Shown: piece after piece, positions 1 to 9,796 of the stretch
How the letters are laid out: every line of letters begins with the position of its first letter
Position numbering within the stretch: the first letter of the stretch is position 1
Origin: Fidelibacterota bacterium
Lineage (GTDB): Bacteria; Fidelibacterota; Marinisomatia; Marinisomatales; Marinisomataceae
Direction: 5' to 3'
Length of the DNA: 64,000 nt
NCBI GenBank assembly: GCA_965212055.1
Contig: OZ243041.1
Location: forward strand, 896,001 to 960,000
Notes under the pieces: model-generated
Databases searched by the model: none
What the model saw: only the letters and a program-made list of their open reading frames with translations
What the model was told of the DNA's origin: nothing
Program-made: the position numbers and the translations under genes

Positions 1-1428
1 AAAATACTGTTCAGAGAAATAAGAATAATCATTACCTGTTTTTTCTTTTACTTTTGCAAAGAAATCTTCTGTATTGACATGGCTTCTTGCATTTTCAGTC
101 ATAAATTCTTTAAGAATTTCAAACCAAATAGTATCATTATTGATTGCACTTCTTAAAGTATGCATTATCCAAGCGCCTTTCATGTATGTATCTCCGCTTA
201 ATGCCCAATGATTTTGATCTTCATTGCCAACAATTGGAATCTTATTGGTAATTCTTCCTTTTATACTTTTTAAGTAATCAACACTTATTGGGTAGCTATC
301 AAATTTATCTTCAAAATAAATTGCTTCAGAATAGACTTGTAATCCTTCATGAATCCAGATATGTGTAGGATCTGAAGCAGTTACGCTATTTCCAAACCAT
401 TCATGCCCTGTTTCATGAATAATTAATGGATCTATAACACCATACATAGCCCAACTACTACTTCTAACACCATTATAAATACTAAAACCATTTCCATAGG
501 TTACAGCTGATTGATGTTCCATCCCTAAATATGGAGCTTCTACTAATTTATATCCATCTTCCCACCATTGATAGTCGCCAAAATATTTCTCATAGAAACG
601 AATAACTTCTTTTGCTTGTTGGAAATAGTTTTTTGCAACATCTTGATTGTAGTCTAGGACATAATGGTTAATATTATAAATAGTGGAATCTTTAATAAAA
701 GTATCTTGAACAGCAACATAATGTCCAATTTGAACTGATATGTTATAATTATTAATTGGATTATTTACGAACCATTCATATGTCGTTTTATCTCCATTTT
801 GTATAGTATTTCTCAATTGGCCATTTGCTACACACATTAAGTCTGATGGAACTGTAAAAGCCATTTTAACACTATCTGGTTCTTCGGTGATATGATCTTT
901 ATTTGGCCACCAAATTCGTGCTCCTTCGCCTTCACAAGAAACAGCAACCCAATCTCTTCCATCTTTATCCTTTGACCATGTAAACCCTCCTGCCCAAGGG
1001 GGATTGATAGCTCCTTCAGGAACGCCTTCATAGTACACAGTGAAATCAAATAAAGTATTATTAAGAATTGTATTTGGAAAAACAACTAATACTGCATCTT
1101 CTTCACGACTATATTCTAATTCATTATTTTCATAAGTAATTTTTTTAATATCTAAATCTTTTGTTAAATCAACCTGTAAAACATCTATATCACTTAAGCT
1201 TTTTGCTTTTATTGTTACAAATCCATCCAAAGATTGGTTCTCAATATCAAAATCAATATTGATATCATAGTATGTAACATCGTATGAAGCACGATGCTCA
1301 TTTAAAAACCCCATAAGGTGGTTATTTCTACTTAATGGAGGTATTTCATCTCCACCATGTGGTCTAGGATTGCCACAACTAACAATTAAAAAACATAAAA
1401 ATAAAATATTAATCAATTTTTTTTTCAT
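1..1428 (-). CDS. M1 family aminopeptidase, probable lipoprotein; runs off the window start
   Basis: Not in the ORF track. Manual minus-strand translation from ATG 1428 gives MKKKLINILFLCFLIVSC (lipobox), PPWAGGFTW, YLGMEHQSAVTYGN and the zinc motif HETGHEWFGNSVT. Confidence 0.93.
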   Translation of the reverse strand, partial: MKKKLINILFLCFLIVSCGNPRPHGGDEIPPLSRNNHLMGFLNEHRASYDVTYYDINIDFDIENQSLDGFVTIKAKSLSDIDVLQVDLTKDLDIKKITYENNELEYSREEDAVLVVFPNTILNNTLFDFTVYYEGVPEGAINPPWAGGFTWSKDKDGRDWVAVSCEGEGARIWWPNKDHITEEPDSVKMAFTVPSDLMCVANGQLRNTIQNGDKTTYEWFVNNPINNYNISVQIGHYVAVQDTFIKDSTIYNINHYVLDYNQDVAKNYFQQAKEVIRFYEKYFGDYQWWEDGYKLVEAPYLGMEHQSAVTYGNGFSIYNGVRSSSWAMYGVIDPLIIHETGHEWFGNSVTASDPTHIWIHEGLQVYSEAIYFEDKFDSYPISVDYLKSIKGRITNKIPIVGNEDQNHWALSGDTYMKGAWIMHTLRSAINNDTIWFEILKEFMTENARSHVNTEDFFAKVKEKTGNDYSYFSEQYF

Positions 1429-1627
1429 AATAGGTTGTTGATTGAAACATGTTTTTTGCAAAAATAATGAAATACAATAGAAAACAGAACAAAATCCATA
1501 ATACAATGGCAAAAGCTTCCTTAATTAATGGAGAAGTCAATAAGAGAAATAGGATATAGATAATTGCTATATAAATAATCCATTTTATCCAATTAGGCTG
1601 ACTCCATAGTTTAAATAATAAATTCAT
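1409..1627 (-). CDS. Small hypothetical membrane protein (about 2 TM helices)
   Basis: 72 aa hydrophobic ORF; ATG 2 nt after the upstream stop; overlaps the peptidase start by 20 nt. Confidence 0.55.
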   Translation of the reverse strand: MNLLFKLWSQPNWIKWIIYIAIIYILFLLLTSPLIKEAFAIVLWILFCFLLYFIIFAKNMFQSTTYYEKKID

Positions 1628-1629
1628 TA

Positions 1630-4281
1630 TTATAAGTTACTCTTATCTATATTAACAACTAAATCACTTGCAATACAAGACCAATCGTAATCTTTTGCTA
1701 TCTTACTTGATTGTTTTCCCATTTGTTTAATTAGATCTTTATTATCAATCAAATTTTGTATAACACTTGTAAGTTCTCTATCGTTATTTCTTTCAAAGAT
1801 AACACCATTAACCTGATCTTGTATACAATCTTTAGAACCAACATTATTAGAAACAATAACAGGTAATCCAGATGCCATAGCTTCTAAAACTACTAACCCA
1901 AATGATTCATGTATAGAAGGAAGAACAAAAAGTGATGCTTGAGAATAATTTTGTAGTGGAGAACCAGATTCAACTAATACAGAAATACCTTTCTCCATTA
2001 ATTTATCTTTATATTCATTAAATATATCTTCAAAATATTGTGTTATATGACCATTAAATATAAGATTGATTTTATCAGAGGAGTTTATATTAAGCATTGC
2101 TTTGAGTAAAAGATGTACGCCTTTTTCCGGATTGACATTCCCTACAAATAAAATATTAAACTCTTTATTATTTTTTCTCTTATCTAAACTATCATATTTT
2201 TGGAAATCTACACCTAGTGCGCAATTAATAAGTTTTTCTTTTTTTATATTATTAACTAAATAAGATTTTTCAACTAACGATGAAATACACCAAATTTTGT
2301 CTACTATTTTAATCTCTGCTAATTGTCTTTGTATTCTTTCAGCAAGTATGGGTTCATTTTTCAAACCTATTCTTTTATATTCTTTTTCTAAATAGTCTTT
2401 TTGTACATTTGGATGCATCCATTGAGAATGTAGAATTGCTTTTCCACCACGTTTTTTCACTTCTTCAAATGAGTATAAAGACATTCCATTGCGTCCAATA
2501 ATAATTGTATCACTATTAACTTCTATTATATTTTGTTGAATAAGATTTGTTAATTTTTTATCATAATAGATAAATTCGTCTAATAGTTGTTGATTAACAC
2601 TGGTAGAAAATACTATTCTTTTAAATTTATTATAACCTCTTATAGCAAATTCAAAAATCTTATTGGTACCAATATTATGATATTTACAAATTGATATATC
2701 AACTTCTCCCCTGCCAACCCATACAATATTATAACCTAATTTTTTAAGATTTTTAACAAGCATAATGTCAGTACTTTTAGTTGCACCCAACAGATTAACA
2801 TTATGTGAACCTGAATAAATGATAAAATTCATTTTCCTCTGATTTGAAGAATTGTTGGATAAAATATTAAGATTTGAAGAAGACTCAGAATTTTGATATT
2901 CATTTAAAATAATTTGAATATCTTTCAAATAAGTTATATACAACATTATGAATAATACGATGAGCAATAATAGCTTATGAATCAAAGATAGTGTAAATAA
3001 ATTGTTGGCTCCCCATAATAACAGACCCGTGAAGAAGAGTAGAAATAATATCTTTGTAAAATATGATAGATAACCTTTATGAATCAACTTCTTAACATAA
3101 ACCTGGTAAGTGTAGAAAACTGATATATTCCCTACTATAAAAACTGCAGCTGCAGCACCTGTAGTACCATATAAATCTGTTAAGAAATATAGCAAAGGTA
3201 TTAATGCTAATAAATTTATTATTGCTACTTCCATATCAACTTTTGTGTAACCATATGTATGTAATAATGGAGCAACATTGCTTGATACAGCTTTAATGAG
3301 TACAACCACAATAAATATTTGTAGTAAAAGTGATGATGGGAGCCATTTTTCACCATATACAAAGAGTATAATTTCTTGAGAAAATAATAAAATTATAAAT
3401 ACTGGAATAAAATAAATAATTGCTGTTATTACCGTAATCATATCAAATAATTTAATTTGATCTTTAAGATTATCAAGCTTAGCAAGAGTTGGAAAAAGAA
3501 CTTTATTAATGGCAGCTCGAATAAAAAATAAATAATGACTGATTTGGAATGCCATCCAGTAAAATCCTAACGATTTTTCATCTATCAACAAATCCACAAG
3601 GTAATAATCAATATTGGTAGATATAAAAACAAGAATTGTACTAATCAATAATGGATATCCAAAAACCATGGATTCTCTAAATATTTTATAATCTATACGG
3701 AGCTTGGGTCTATATGGCAAAATAAACCAGATTAATACTGATTCTACAAGTGAAATAGTTACTTTCCACCACACTAAACTCCATATACCATAATTGTTAT
3801 ATGCCAATGTAATTCCAACAATGCCACCAACGACATGAGATACCAACATTGGCATATTTGCTTTAACAAATGATAATTCTTTTTCAAAAAGTGCTTTTGG
3901 TTTCACAAGCGGGTTATACAACAATACTATGCAAAAGATTTGGATATATTCTGTAAGGTGAGATTTATCAATCCATGCTAAAATTGTTGGTAACAAGAAA
4001 AGAGAAAATAATATTAACAACAACCCCCATATTAATTCAACGGTAAAAATTGTATCTAATATTTTATAAGGATTCTTTTTTTCTTTAATAAGAAATTTAT
4101 CTCCATGAAGACTCCCAAAACTATTAAGAAACATCGCAACTAGGCTAATAAAAGCAAAAACACCAAATTCCGATGGCTCCAAAATTCTAGCAAGAGTAAC
4201 TTGGACAGTAAAAAGTGTAATAACCTGCAATATGGTTATTACACTTACTGTGATTCCTCCAGAAATCAGTCTTTTTAACAC
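1630..4281 (-). CDS. Fusion of a Wzx-type polysaccharide flippase (about aa 1-460) and a GT4 glycosyltransferase (about aa 484-883)
   Basis: LARILEPSEFG and many TM segments, then FVGNVNPEKG and ESFGLVVLEAMASGLPVI; GTG start with AGGAAG SD. Confidence 0.9.
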   Translation of the reverse strand: MLKRLISGGITVSVITILQVITLFTVQVTLARILEPSEFGVFAFISLVAMFLNSFGSLHGDKFLIKEKKNPYKILDTIFTVELIWGLLLILFSLFLLPTILAWIDKSHLTEYIQIFCIVLLYNPLVKPKALFEKELSFVKANMPMLVSHVVGGIVGITLAYNNYGIWSLVWWKVTISLVESVLIWFILPYRPKLRIDYKIFRESMVFGYPLLISTILVFISTNIDYYLVDLLIDEKSLGFYWMAFQISHYLFFIRAAINKVLFPTLAKLDNLKDQIKLFDMITVITAIIYFIPVFIILLFSQEIILFVYGEKWLPSSLLLQIFIVVVLIKAVSSNVAPLLHTYGYTKVDMEVAIINLLALIPLLYFLTDLYGTTGAAAAVFIVGNISVFYTYQVYVKKLIHKGYLSYFTKILFLLFFTGLLLWGANNLFTLSLIHKLLLLIVLFIMLYITYLKDIQIILNEYQNSESSSNLNILSNNSSNQRKMNFIIYSGSHNVNLLGATKSTDIMLVKNLKKLGYNIVWVGRGEVDISICKYHNIGTNKIFEFAIRGYNKFKRIVFSTSVNQQLLDEFIYYDKKLTNLIQQNIIEVNSDTIIIGRNGMSLYSFEEVKKRGGKAILHSQWMHPNVQKDYLEKEYKRIGLKNEPILAERIQRQLAEIKIVDKIWCISSLVEKSYLVNNIKKEKLINCALGVDFQKYDSLDKRKNNKEFNILFVGNVNPEKGVHLLLKAMLNINSSDKINLIFNGHITQYFEDIFNEYKDKLMEKGISVLVESGSPLQNYSQASLFVLPSIHESFGLVVLEAMASGLPVIVSNNVGSKDCIQDQVNGVIFERNNDRELTSVIQNLIDNKDLIKQMGKQSSKIAKDYDWSCIASDLVVNIDKSNL

Positions 4282-4341
4282 CTATCTTCCTGCTTTCTGT
4301 GAATTATAAATTGTATAAATGAAGTTTATCATTTCGCAGTA

Positions 4342-5055
4342 TTATAACACAAAATAATATAATTTTTTATAATAATCTAAAGCTTCATCATAAATAGAAT
4401 GGTACTCTTTTGGTACATTATTAGATCTATTTTCAAATTTTTCAAATTTGGTAGTATTAATAATATTGTTATACCAATGTTTCCACCAAATACCATCAGT
4501 AGAATATGGACCTTTCTTCCAATTAAGCATTTTTTTATCAAACTTAATATTCAAATGATTGCACCAATGATTTAAGATACTTTCAGGATTGTTTAATAAA
4601 GTAGAAACATCAATAACTAAAATATTTTTTTTGAATTTTTGCAAATATTTAATTAATTCATATTGCTGAGGATAACCAAGTTCACTGATATGATTTAATT
4701 TGTTTTTTTTAATATAAGAGCTAATCACATCTTTTGGGTGTCTTATCAAAAATGAATTATGGAAATCTTTTATCCATTCAATATTTTCTAAGTTGATTAA
4801 ATGGTGGGCCATATGTTTTTGATACCATATATTTTTTGATTGAGGAATTTCTTTAGTAATAGCATTGACTACTGAATCATATGAATTTGGATAATAATTA
4901 ATAATTTCTTCATGCATTGGATGTTTTAGTTTTTTTTCTTTTAAATAATATGCATAAAAAGGCTCATCAGTCACAAAGGTATCGTCTCTTGATGACCAAG
5001 AACGCATTAATGCAGTAGAAATATTCCTAGGACCTGACCAACAAGCAATTTTCAT
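4342..5055 (-). CDS. Sulfotransferase-like protein (family associated with BCAT-like aminotransferases)
   Basis: WSGPRNISTALMRSW, DEPFYAYYL, QKHMAHH and LIRHPKDVISSY motifs. Confidence 0.8.
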   Translation of the reverse strand: MKIACWSGPRNISTALMRSWSSRDDTFVTDEPFYAYYLKEKKLKHPMHEEIINYYPNSYDSVVNAITKEIPQSKNIWYQKHMAHHLINLENIEWIKDFHNSFLIRHPKDVISSYIKKNKLNHISELGYPQQYELIKYLQKFKKNILVIDVSTLLNNPESILNHWCNHLNIKFDKKMLNWKKGPYSTDGIWWKHWYNNIINTTKFEKFENRSNNVPKEYHSIYDEALDYYKKLYYFVL

Positions 5056-5966
5056 AATTTAGATTTTATATAATTTTCAATATCTTGAAGATATAATGTT
5101 CTTATCTTATTTGTGATGGAGTCCTTATTTGTTGATTCTAAAGATTTATCTTCTAAGATTGAAACTGGTACAATGCCTCCAAACGTTCCAGTAACAAATG
5201 CTTCTTGACAATCTTCTATATCTTTAAAAATAAAATTTTTTTTAGAAATCGGAATATTATTTATTTTGCATAATTCTATTGTTTTTGATCGAGTAATTCC
5301 ATTGAGACAATATTTCCCTTTCGAAGTAATAATTTCATTATTCTTAATGAAAAAAAGGTTAGTTGAATTACATGTGCTAATAAAACCATGCATATCATTC
5401 ATAATTCCTTCATCATAGCCAAGCTTATTTGCTTCTATACTCGCTAAAATACAATTTAATTTACTTAATGTATTATACTGTGGATTCAGTATTTCATTAT
5501 TTGGTCTAATATTTTTGACTCTTCCAATTTTAATACCATTCTTATAGGTACTAGAATCTGCTTTCTTATATTCAGGAATAATAACAAAGTTTATTGGACC
5601 CACATTTGCATTAGGATTTTGATAAGGAGTAATTTTATTCCCACGAGAAACTACTAAACGAATATGTACATCATCTTTCATATTATTTTTTGTTAACGTT
5701 TTATTGATTTCATTTATGATATACTCTTTTTCAAAACCAATATGGAGTGAAATCCCTTTTGCGCTTTCATAGAGACGATCTAGGTGCTCTTCAATATGTA
5801 TCAAAACAGATTGATGAAATCTAATTCCTTCCCAGATTCCATCTCCAAGTAAAAAACCACTATCAAAAACTGATATTTTTGCTTCGTTTCTTTTGAAAAA
5901 TTCTCCATTAATGTTTATTAAGACAGCTTCATTTTTTGGATTTACTATGAAAGAATGTGTACTCAT
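5052..5966 (-). CDS. Class IV PLP-dependent aminotransferase (BCAT/D-amino acid aminotransferase-like)
   Basis: ISVFDSGFLLGDGIWEG, HLDRL, LNGITR, EAFVTGTFGG; start moved to ATG 5966 because the longer ORF overlaps the tRNA. Confidence 0.88.
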   Translation of the reverse strand: MSTHSFIVNPKNEAVLININGEFFKRNEAKISVFDSGFLLGDGIWEGIRFHQSVLIHIEEHLDRLYESAKGISLHIGFEKEYIINEINKTLTKNNMKDDVHIRLVVSRGNKITPYQNPNANVGPINFVIIPEYKKADSSTYKNGIKIGRVKNIRPNNEILNPQYNTLSKLNCILASIEANKLGYDEGIMNDMHGFISTCNSTNLFFIKNNEIITSKGKYCLNGITRSKTIELCKINNIPISKKNFIFKDIEDCQEAFVTGTFGGIVPVSILEDKSLESTNKDSITNKIRTLYLQDIENYIKSKL

Positions 5967-5969
5967 GAG

Positions 5970-6041
5970 TGGGCCCACAGGGATTTGAACCCCGAACCTG
6001 CGGATTATGAGTCCGTTGCTCTACCATTGAGCTATGGGCCC
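5970..6041 (-). tRNA. tRNA with CAT anticodon, most likely tRNA-Ile2 (lysidine); CCA not encoded
   Basis: GGGCCCA-TA-GCTC-AATGGTA-GAGC-A-ACGGA-CTCATAA-TCCGC-AGGTT-CGGGG-TTCAAAT-CCCTG-TGGGCCC-A folds as a cloverleaf; C4:G69 and C5:G68 favour Ile2; G1:C72 is paired, so not the initiator. Confidence 0.9.
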
Positions 6042-6052
6042 TTATCTAAAAA

Positions 6053-6394
6053 TTATTTTCTAAACAATTTTTTTCTTATTTTTGTAGCAGAAATTTTTCC
6101 TATACTATCTGGTGGAATATGTTCAATGATATCATAACCTACCCCACGCCCATAATTTACAGATTCAATATCAGGTATAATAATAACTTTGATTCTATTA
6201 CTTTTAACCAAATCTTGAAGTTTATTTTCAATATTGTTTTTTACATCTTCAGGATCATAAGGATTTTTATCATTTGTACTTACTTCTCTTATACAAATAA
6301 GAACATTTTTCCCTTCATTTAGTCGTTGATCAATTAACCAACGATGTCCATCATGCCACGGTTGCCATCTTCCTATAAACATTGAGTATTTCAT
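6053..6394 (-). CDS. Minimal HxGH-type nucleotidyltransferase (cytidyltransferase-like)
   Basis: FIGRWQPWHDGH and C-terminal ISATKIR motifs. Confidence 0.85.
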   Translation of the reverse strand: MKYSMFIGRWQPWHDGHRWLIDQRLNEGKNVLICIREVSTNDKNPYDPEDVKNNIENKLQDLVKSNRIKVIIIPDIESVNYGRGVGYDIIEHIPPDSIGKISATKIRKKLFRK

Positions 6395-6812
6395 TTGTAC
6401 ATTCCTCTATATCTAATTTGCCTGTATCAATTGATAAATGTTTTTCTAAAGGGATTTCATAGTCTTTAGCAAAAAAATTTTCTCTTCCTCTTATTTCTGT
6501 AGTATGCAAATAAACTTCCAGAAAAGGAAATTCACTCTTTAATTCATTTCTAAGAAATCTATATGGGGCAACAATAGATACTACACAAAGATATCCCTTA
6601 CTGCTTAAAAAACGAATAATTGATATCGCAGTAGAAATATTTTTAATTCTCCCTTCTTTAGAATAATCTTTATTTCTATTAATATTTCTTAAATCATCAC
6701 CATCTAAATTAATTATTTTAAGATATTCATCATCTTGTTTTAAAGATTTAATAATCGAATTAGCTAGGGTTGTTTTCCCGCTACCCGGCTGACCTGTAAG
6801 CCAAATAATCAT
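6351..6812 (-). CDS. cysC: Adenylylsulfate kinase family protein, short form
   Basis: IIWLTGQPGSGKTT P-loop, LDGDDLR, YSKEGRIKN, VAPY, YEIP. Confidence 0.8.
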   Translation of the reverse strand: MIIWLTGQPGSGKTTLANSIIKSLKQDDEYLKIINLDGDDLRNINRNKDYSKEGRIKNISTAISIIRFLSSKGYLCVVSIVAPYRFLRNELKSEFPFLEVYLHTTEIRGRENFFAKDYEIPLEKHLSIDTGKLDIEECTNEILNVYRKMATVA

Positions 6813-6824
6813 AATTTTATCTTT

Positions 6825-7850
6825 TCAGATAAAAAGTTGATCCCGTTTATTATAAGCTTCAAAGACAAGGATGAGTGCAAATAAAATTATAAATAAAGCA
6901 ATAATGCTTTCTAAAAATCCTCTGCCAGCTTTATATGAAATAATATGAGGCGAATCCAAAATAAATACTGTAGAAGTACTATTTTTTTCATCAATCTTTG
7001 CAATTTCTAGTTGATCTGAAAGAGTTATATATAATTGATTATAGAGCGATACTTCTTGTTCTATTCTCTTCTTTTGAACAATCAAATTTGGAGAATTGGT
7101 TAAGTTTTTATTGCTTTCAAGAAAGAAGATTAGTTCATCTTGAGCATTCTCTAAATTTTCTTTTATCTGCGATAGACGACCAACAACAAAATCTTTCTTT
7201 TCTTTTGCTTTAATATTAGTAATCTCACTAGAATATTTCACAATGGAATCAAAGATATTTTCTAAAATATCTTGAGATAATTCAGGATTTTCTCTTACTG
7301 TCACACTAATAGCATTTAAAGAAGATTGTTTATCTTCTAAATGACCTATACTGTCTTTAAGAATTTCTTTAGCAAAAAGCAACTTTTTCTCTTCAATAGA
7401 TAAATTTTCACTCATATTAATCTTTCTATTGATTTTCTTAATAGTAGCAATTGGATTAATTGAAAAAACATTATCATAATTACTCCCCCAATAGTCAACT
7501 AAGGTTTTTTTATCTCCTTTGATATTGTATTCTTGCTCTACAACATGTTGTAATAATTTTTCAGAAGCAAGATATTCAGATACAGTAAAACCTAAATAAA
7601 GATTCTTTTCGAATCTGTCTCCTGCAAAACTTCTTATAAAACTTAAAGCAGAAGATTGGTTTGATTCATTATAATTGGTATAGAATGATACTTCTGAAGA
7701 GTAAGATGGAGTCTTAAGAAAAAAGTAATACAACATAAAAATAACGATTACAGATAAAAGAATTTTTAAATATTGTCTAAAAATATTAAATATAAAATAG
7801 AACACATTTTTTAAATTAATATACTCATTTTCTAGGATTGGTCTATTCAA
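6825..7850 (-). CDS. Polysaccharide co-polymerase / chain-length determinant (Wzz/GNVR-like)
   Basis: Two terminal TM helices around a coiled-coil periplasmic region; adjacent to the export gene. Confidence 0.75.
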   Translation of the reverse strand: MNRPILENEYINLKNVFYFIFNIFRQYLKILLSVIVIFMLYYFFLKTPSYSSEVSFYTNYNESNQSSALSFIRSFAGDRFEKNLYLGFTVSEYLASEKLLQHVVEQEYNIKGDKKTLVDYWGSNYDNVFSINPIATIKKINRKINMSENLSIEEKKLLFAKEILKDSIGHLEDKQSSLNAISVTVRENPELSQDILENIFDSIVKYSSEITNIKAKEKKDFVVGRLSQIKENLENAQDELIFFLESNKNLTNSPNLIVQKKRIEQEVSLYNQLYITLSDQLEIAKIDEKNSTSTVFILDSPHIISYKAGRGFLESIIALFIILFALILVFEAYNKRDQLFI

Positions 7851-7860
7851 TGTTTAGTCC

Positions 7861-9762
7861 TTAATTTGAATTATTATCAATAATAAAAATAATAGTTGCC
7901 AAGTTAGTAAGAATAGAAACTAAGTCCGATGTAAAGGCTGTAGGATTAAATTCCTGCGGATCAGGATCTGCTGGAACAAAAATTGTATCCCCTCCATTAA
8001 CGCGTTTCCAACGTCCTCTTGCAATTTGATCAATTTCACCGTTTGATTTTTTAATATAAACTTTATTCTTTAATGAATTTTCTTGATATCCACCAGCAAG
8101 CATAATATAGTCTAATACTGTTAAATTTGATTTATGTGCTACCAAACCAGGGTTATAAACATTGCCTTGAACATTCACCATATCTTCATATGGAAGAATA
8201 GTGATAATTGAATTTGCAGTAAGAACAAAATCTGTATTTACATTACCAACATTTTCTCGTACTGTAGTAACCATGCCACTTGCGTTAGTTTCAGTAAATT
8301 CTTCATAAATTACTATAGCATCTTGATTGGCAAGTGGAGTAAATCCTTCTGCAAGATTAATTGCATCTCCTACAGTCATTCTAGATGTTAAAGGAAAACT
8401 GCCTCTTTTCTGTACTTCTCCATCAATTGTTACTTTAAAACTATTATTATATCTATAGTCTTCATATACAAAAATTTTGTCTTCAGCTTTTAATTCAAAT
8501 TTATCTGATTCTTCGTAAGAAACTTTAAACTCTTTTCCATAAAACTGATTCTTATCTTTTCGTAAAATTAAAATTTCATTCTCACGAATGGATTTTCTAT
8601 ATACAGGATCATTGAATCCTCCTGCTACATTTAAAACAGTTTTAAGATTCGATGCAGAAGGATATAATCCAGGAAACTTAACTCTACCAAAAATCTCTAC
8701 TGTTGTTAATACATCTCCAATAGATGTAATAATAACAGAATCTCCATTATGTAAATTAGTGTTTGAAAATTCTTTAAAGTTAATGGTCTTGCTTGTTTGT
8801 GCATTGTCGTCTGAAGTACGTTCTTCCATTGGAATCACAACATACAATAAAGCTGAAGAACTAGCATTTGCCGTAAAACCACCAGTATATTTGATAAGAT
8901 CTGCTAATGATTCATCATTCACTAATTCAAAAAAACCAATATTATAAACTTCTCCTAGTATTTCGACACGATTAATAATTGTGGGAATATGAATAACATC
9001 TCCATCTAAAATTTTTATAGATGAAAAATCATTTTTCCCATCTGCAAAAAAAGAATAAAAGTCAACAGTAGCAATTATTTCATTATTTCGAATTAATTGT
9101 ACCATTCTTAATGAACCTTCTTTTTTTACTCCTCCAGCTTGAACAATCGCTGAAAATATATCAGAAAACGGATGAATAAGATTAATACCTGGTATTTCAA
9201 TTTGTCCAGAAAAATAAACATTGATAGATTTTAATTTTCCTAATTCTAACATTAATTCTGTTGGATTATCTTTATCTTGTAAGGTTGAATAAATGCGTGA
9301 CAATTCCTGAACTAAAATTAATTCAGCTTCTTTCATATTTTTGTTAGAAAGATTGATAAAACCAACATTTTCATAATAAATTAATCCTTCTTTATTAATA
9401 ACAAATTTTTCTCTTGAATTTGTTTCTCCCCATAGAGACAATATTACCTCATCACCTGGGCCTAATTTGAAATCAGGTGGTGTAGGAACATTATCAAAAA
9501 AATTAATATCTCTCTTAAAATAATTATAGCCAAAATAACTATCAGCAGGTGCAGATGTAGAAGGCCCAATTGTAACGGAACTTGGGATTTCACTCTCTGA
9601 ACTAATATCTGTTGTCCCAACTTCAGAAGGGATTGCTCCAGCTTTTAATTGTGATTTAATCAAATCTAATTCATCATTACTCAATTTATTCAAATCACCT
9701 AATGAAACCTGTCCAAAGACGATATTAATAAAACATAAAAATATGGTATATTCTCTCTTCAT
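7861..9762 (-). CDS. Polysaccharide export protein with multiple SLBB domains (Wza/KpsD-like)
   Basis: FGYNYF, LGPGDEVILSLWG and repeated G.V..PG / AGG SLBB motifs. Confidence 0.9.
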   Translation of the reverse strand: MKREYTIFLCFINIVFGQVSLGDLNKLSNDELDLIKSQLKAGAIPSEVGTTDISSESEIPSSVTIGPSTSAPADSYFGYNYFKRDINFFDNVPTPPDFKLGPGDEVILSLWGETNSREKFVINKEGLIYYENVGFINLSNKNMKEAELILVQELSRIYSTLQDKDNPTELMLELGKLKSINVYFSGQIEIPGINLIHPFSDIFSAIVQAGGVKKEGSLRMVQLIRNNEIIATVDFYSFFADGKNDFSSIKILDGDVIHIPTIINRVEILGEVYNIGFFELVNDESLADLIKYTGGFTANASSSALLYVVIPMEERTSDDNAQTSKTINFKEFSNTNLHNGDSVIITSIGDVLTTVEIFGRVKFPGLYPSASNLKTVLNVAGGFNDPVYRKSIRENEILILRKDKNQFYGKEFKVSYEESDKFELKAEDKIFVYEDYRYNNSFKVTIDGEVQKRGSFPLTSRMTVGDAINLAEGFTPLANQDAIVIYEEFTETNASGMVTTVRENVGNVNTDFVLTANSIITILPYEDMVNVQGNVYNPGLVAHKSNLTVLDYIMLAGGYQENSLKNKVYIKKSNGEIDQIARGRWKRVNGGDTIFVPADPDPQEFNPTAFTSDLVSILTNLATIIFIIDNNSN

Positions 9763-9768
9763 CTGCAG

Positions 9769-9796
9769 AATTTAGTTTCAAATATGTTATTTGCAA
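9769..9796 (-). promoter_or_regulatory. Putative sigma70 promoter of the export operon (leaderless)
   Basis: TTGCAA-16 nt-TAAATT, 6 nt before the ATG; no SD. Confidence 0.45.

Noticed and set aside
837..1085. 82-aa minus-strand ORF
   Set aside because: Alternative-frame shadow inside the M1 aminopeptidase gene
5970..6041. tRNA as an integration (att) site of a mobile element
   Set aside because: No integrase, and no duplicated tRNA 3' end found by eye in the window
5955..6137. 60-aa plus-strand ORF
   Set aside because: Antisense translation of the tRNA and the NTase 3' end
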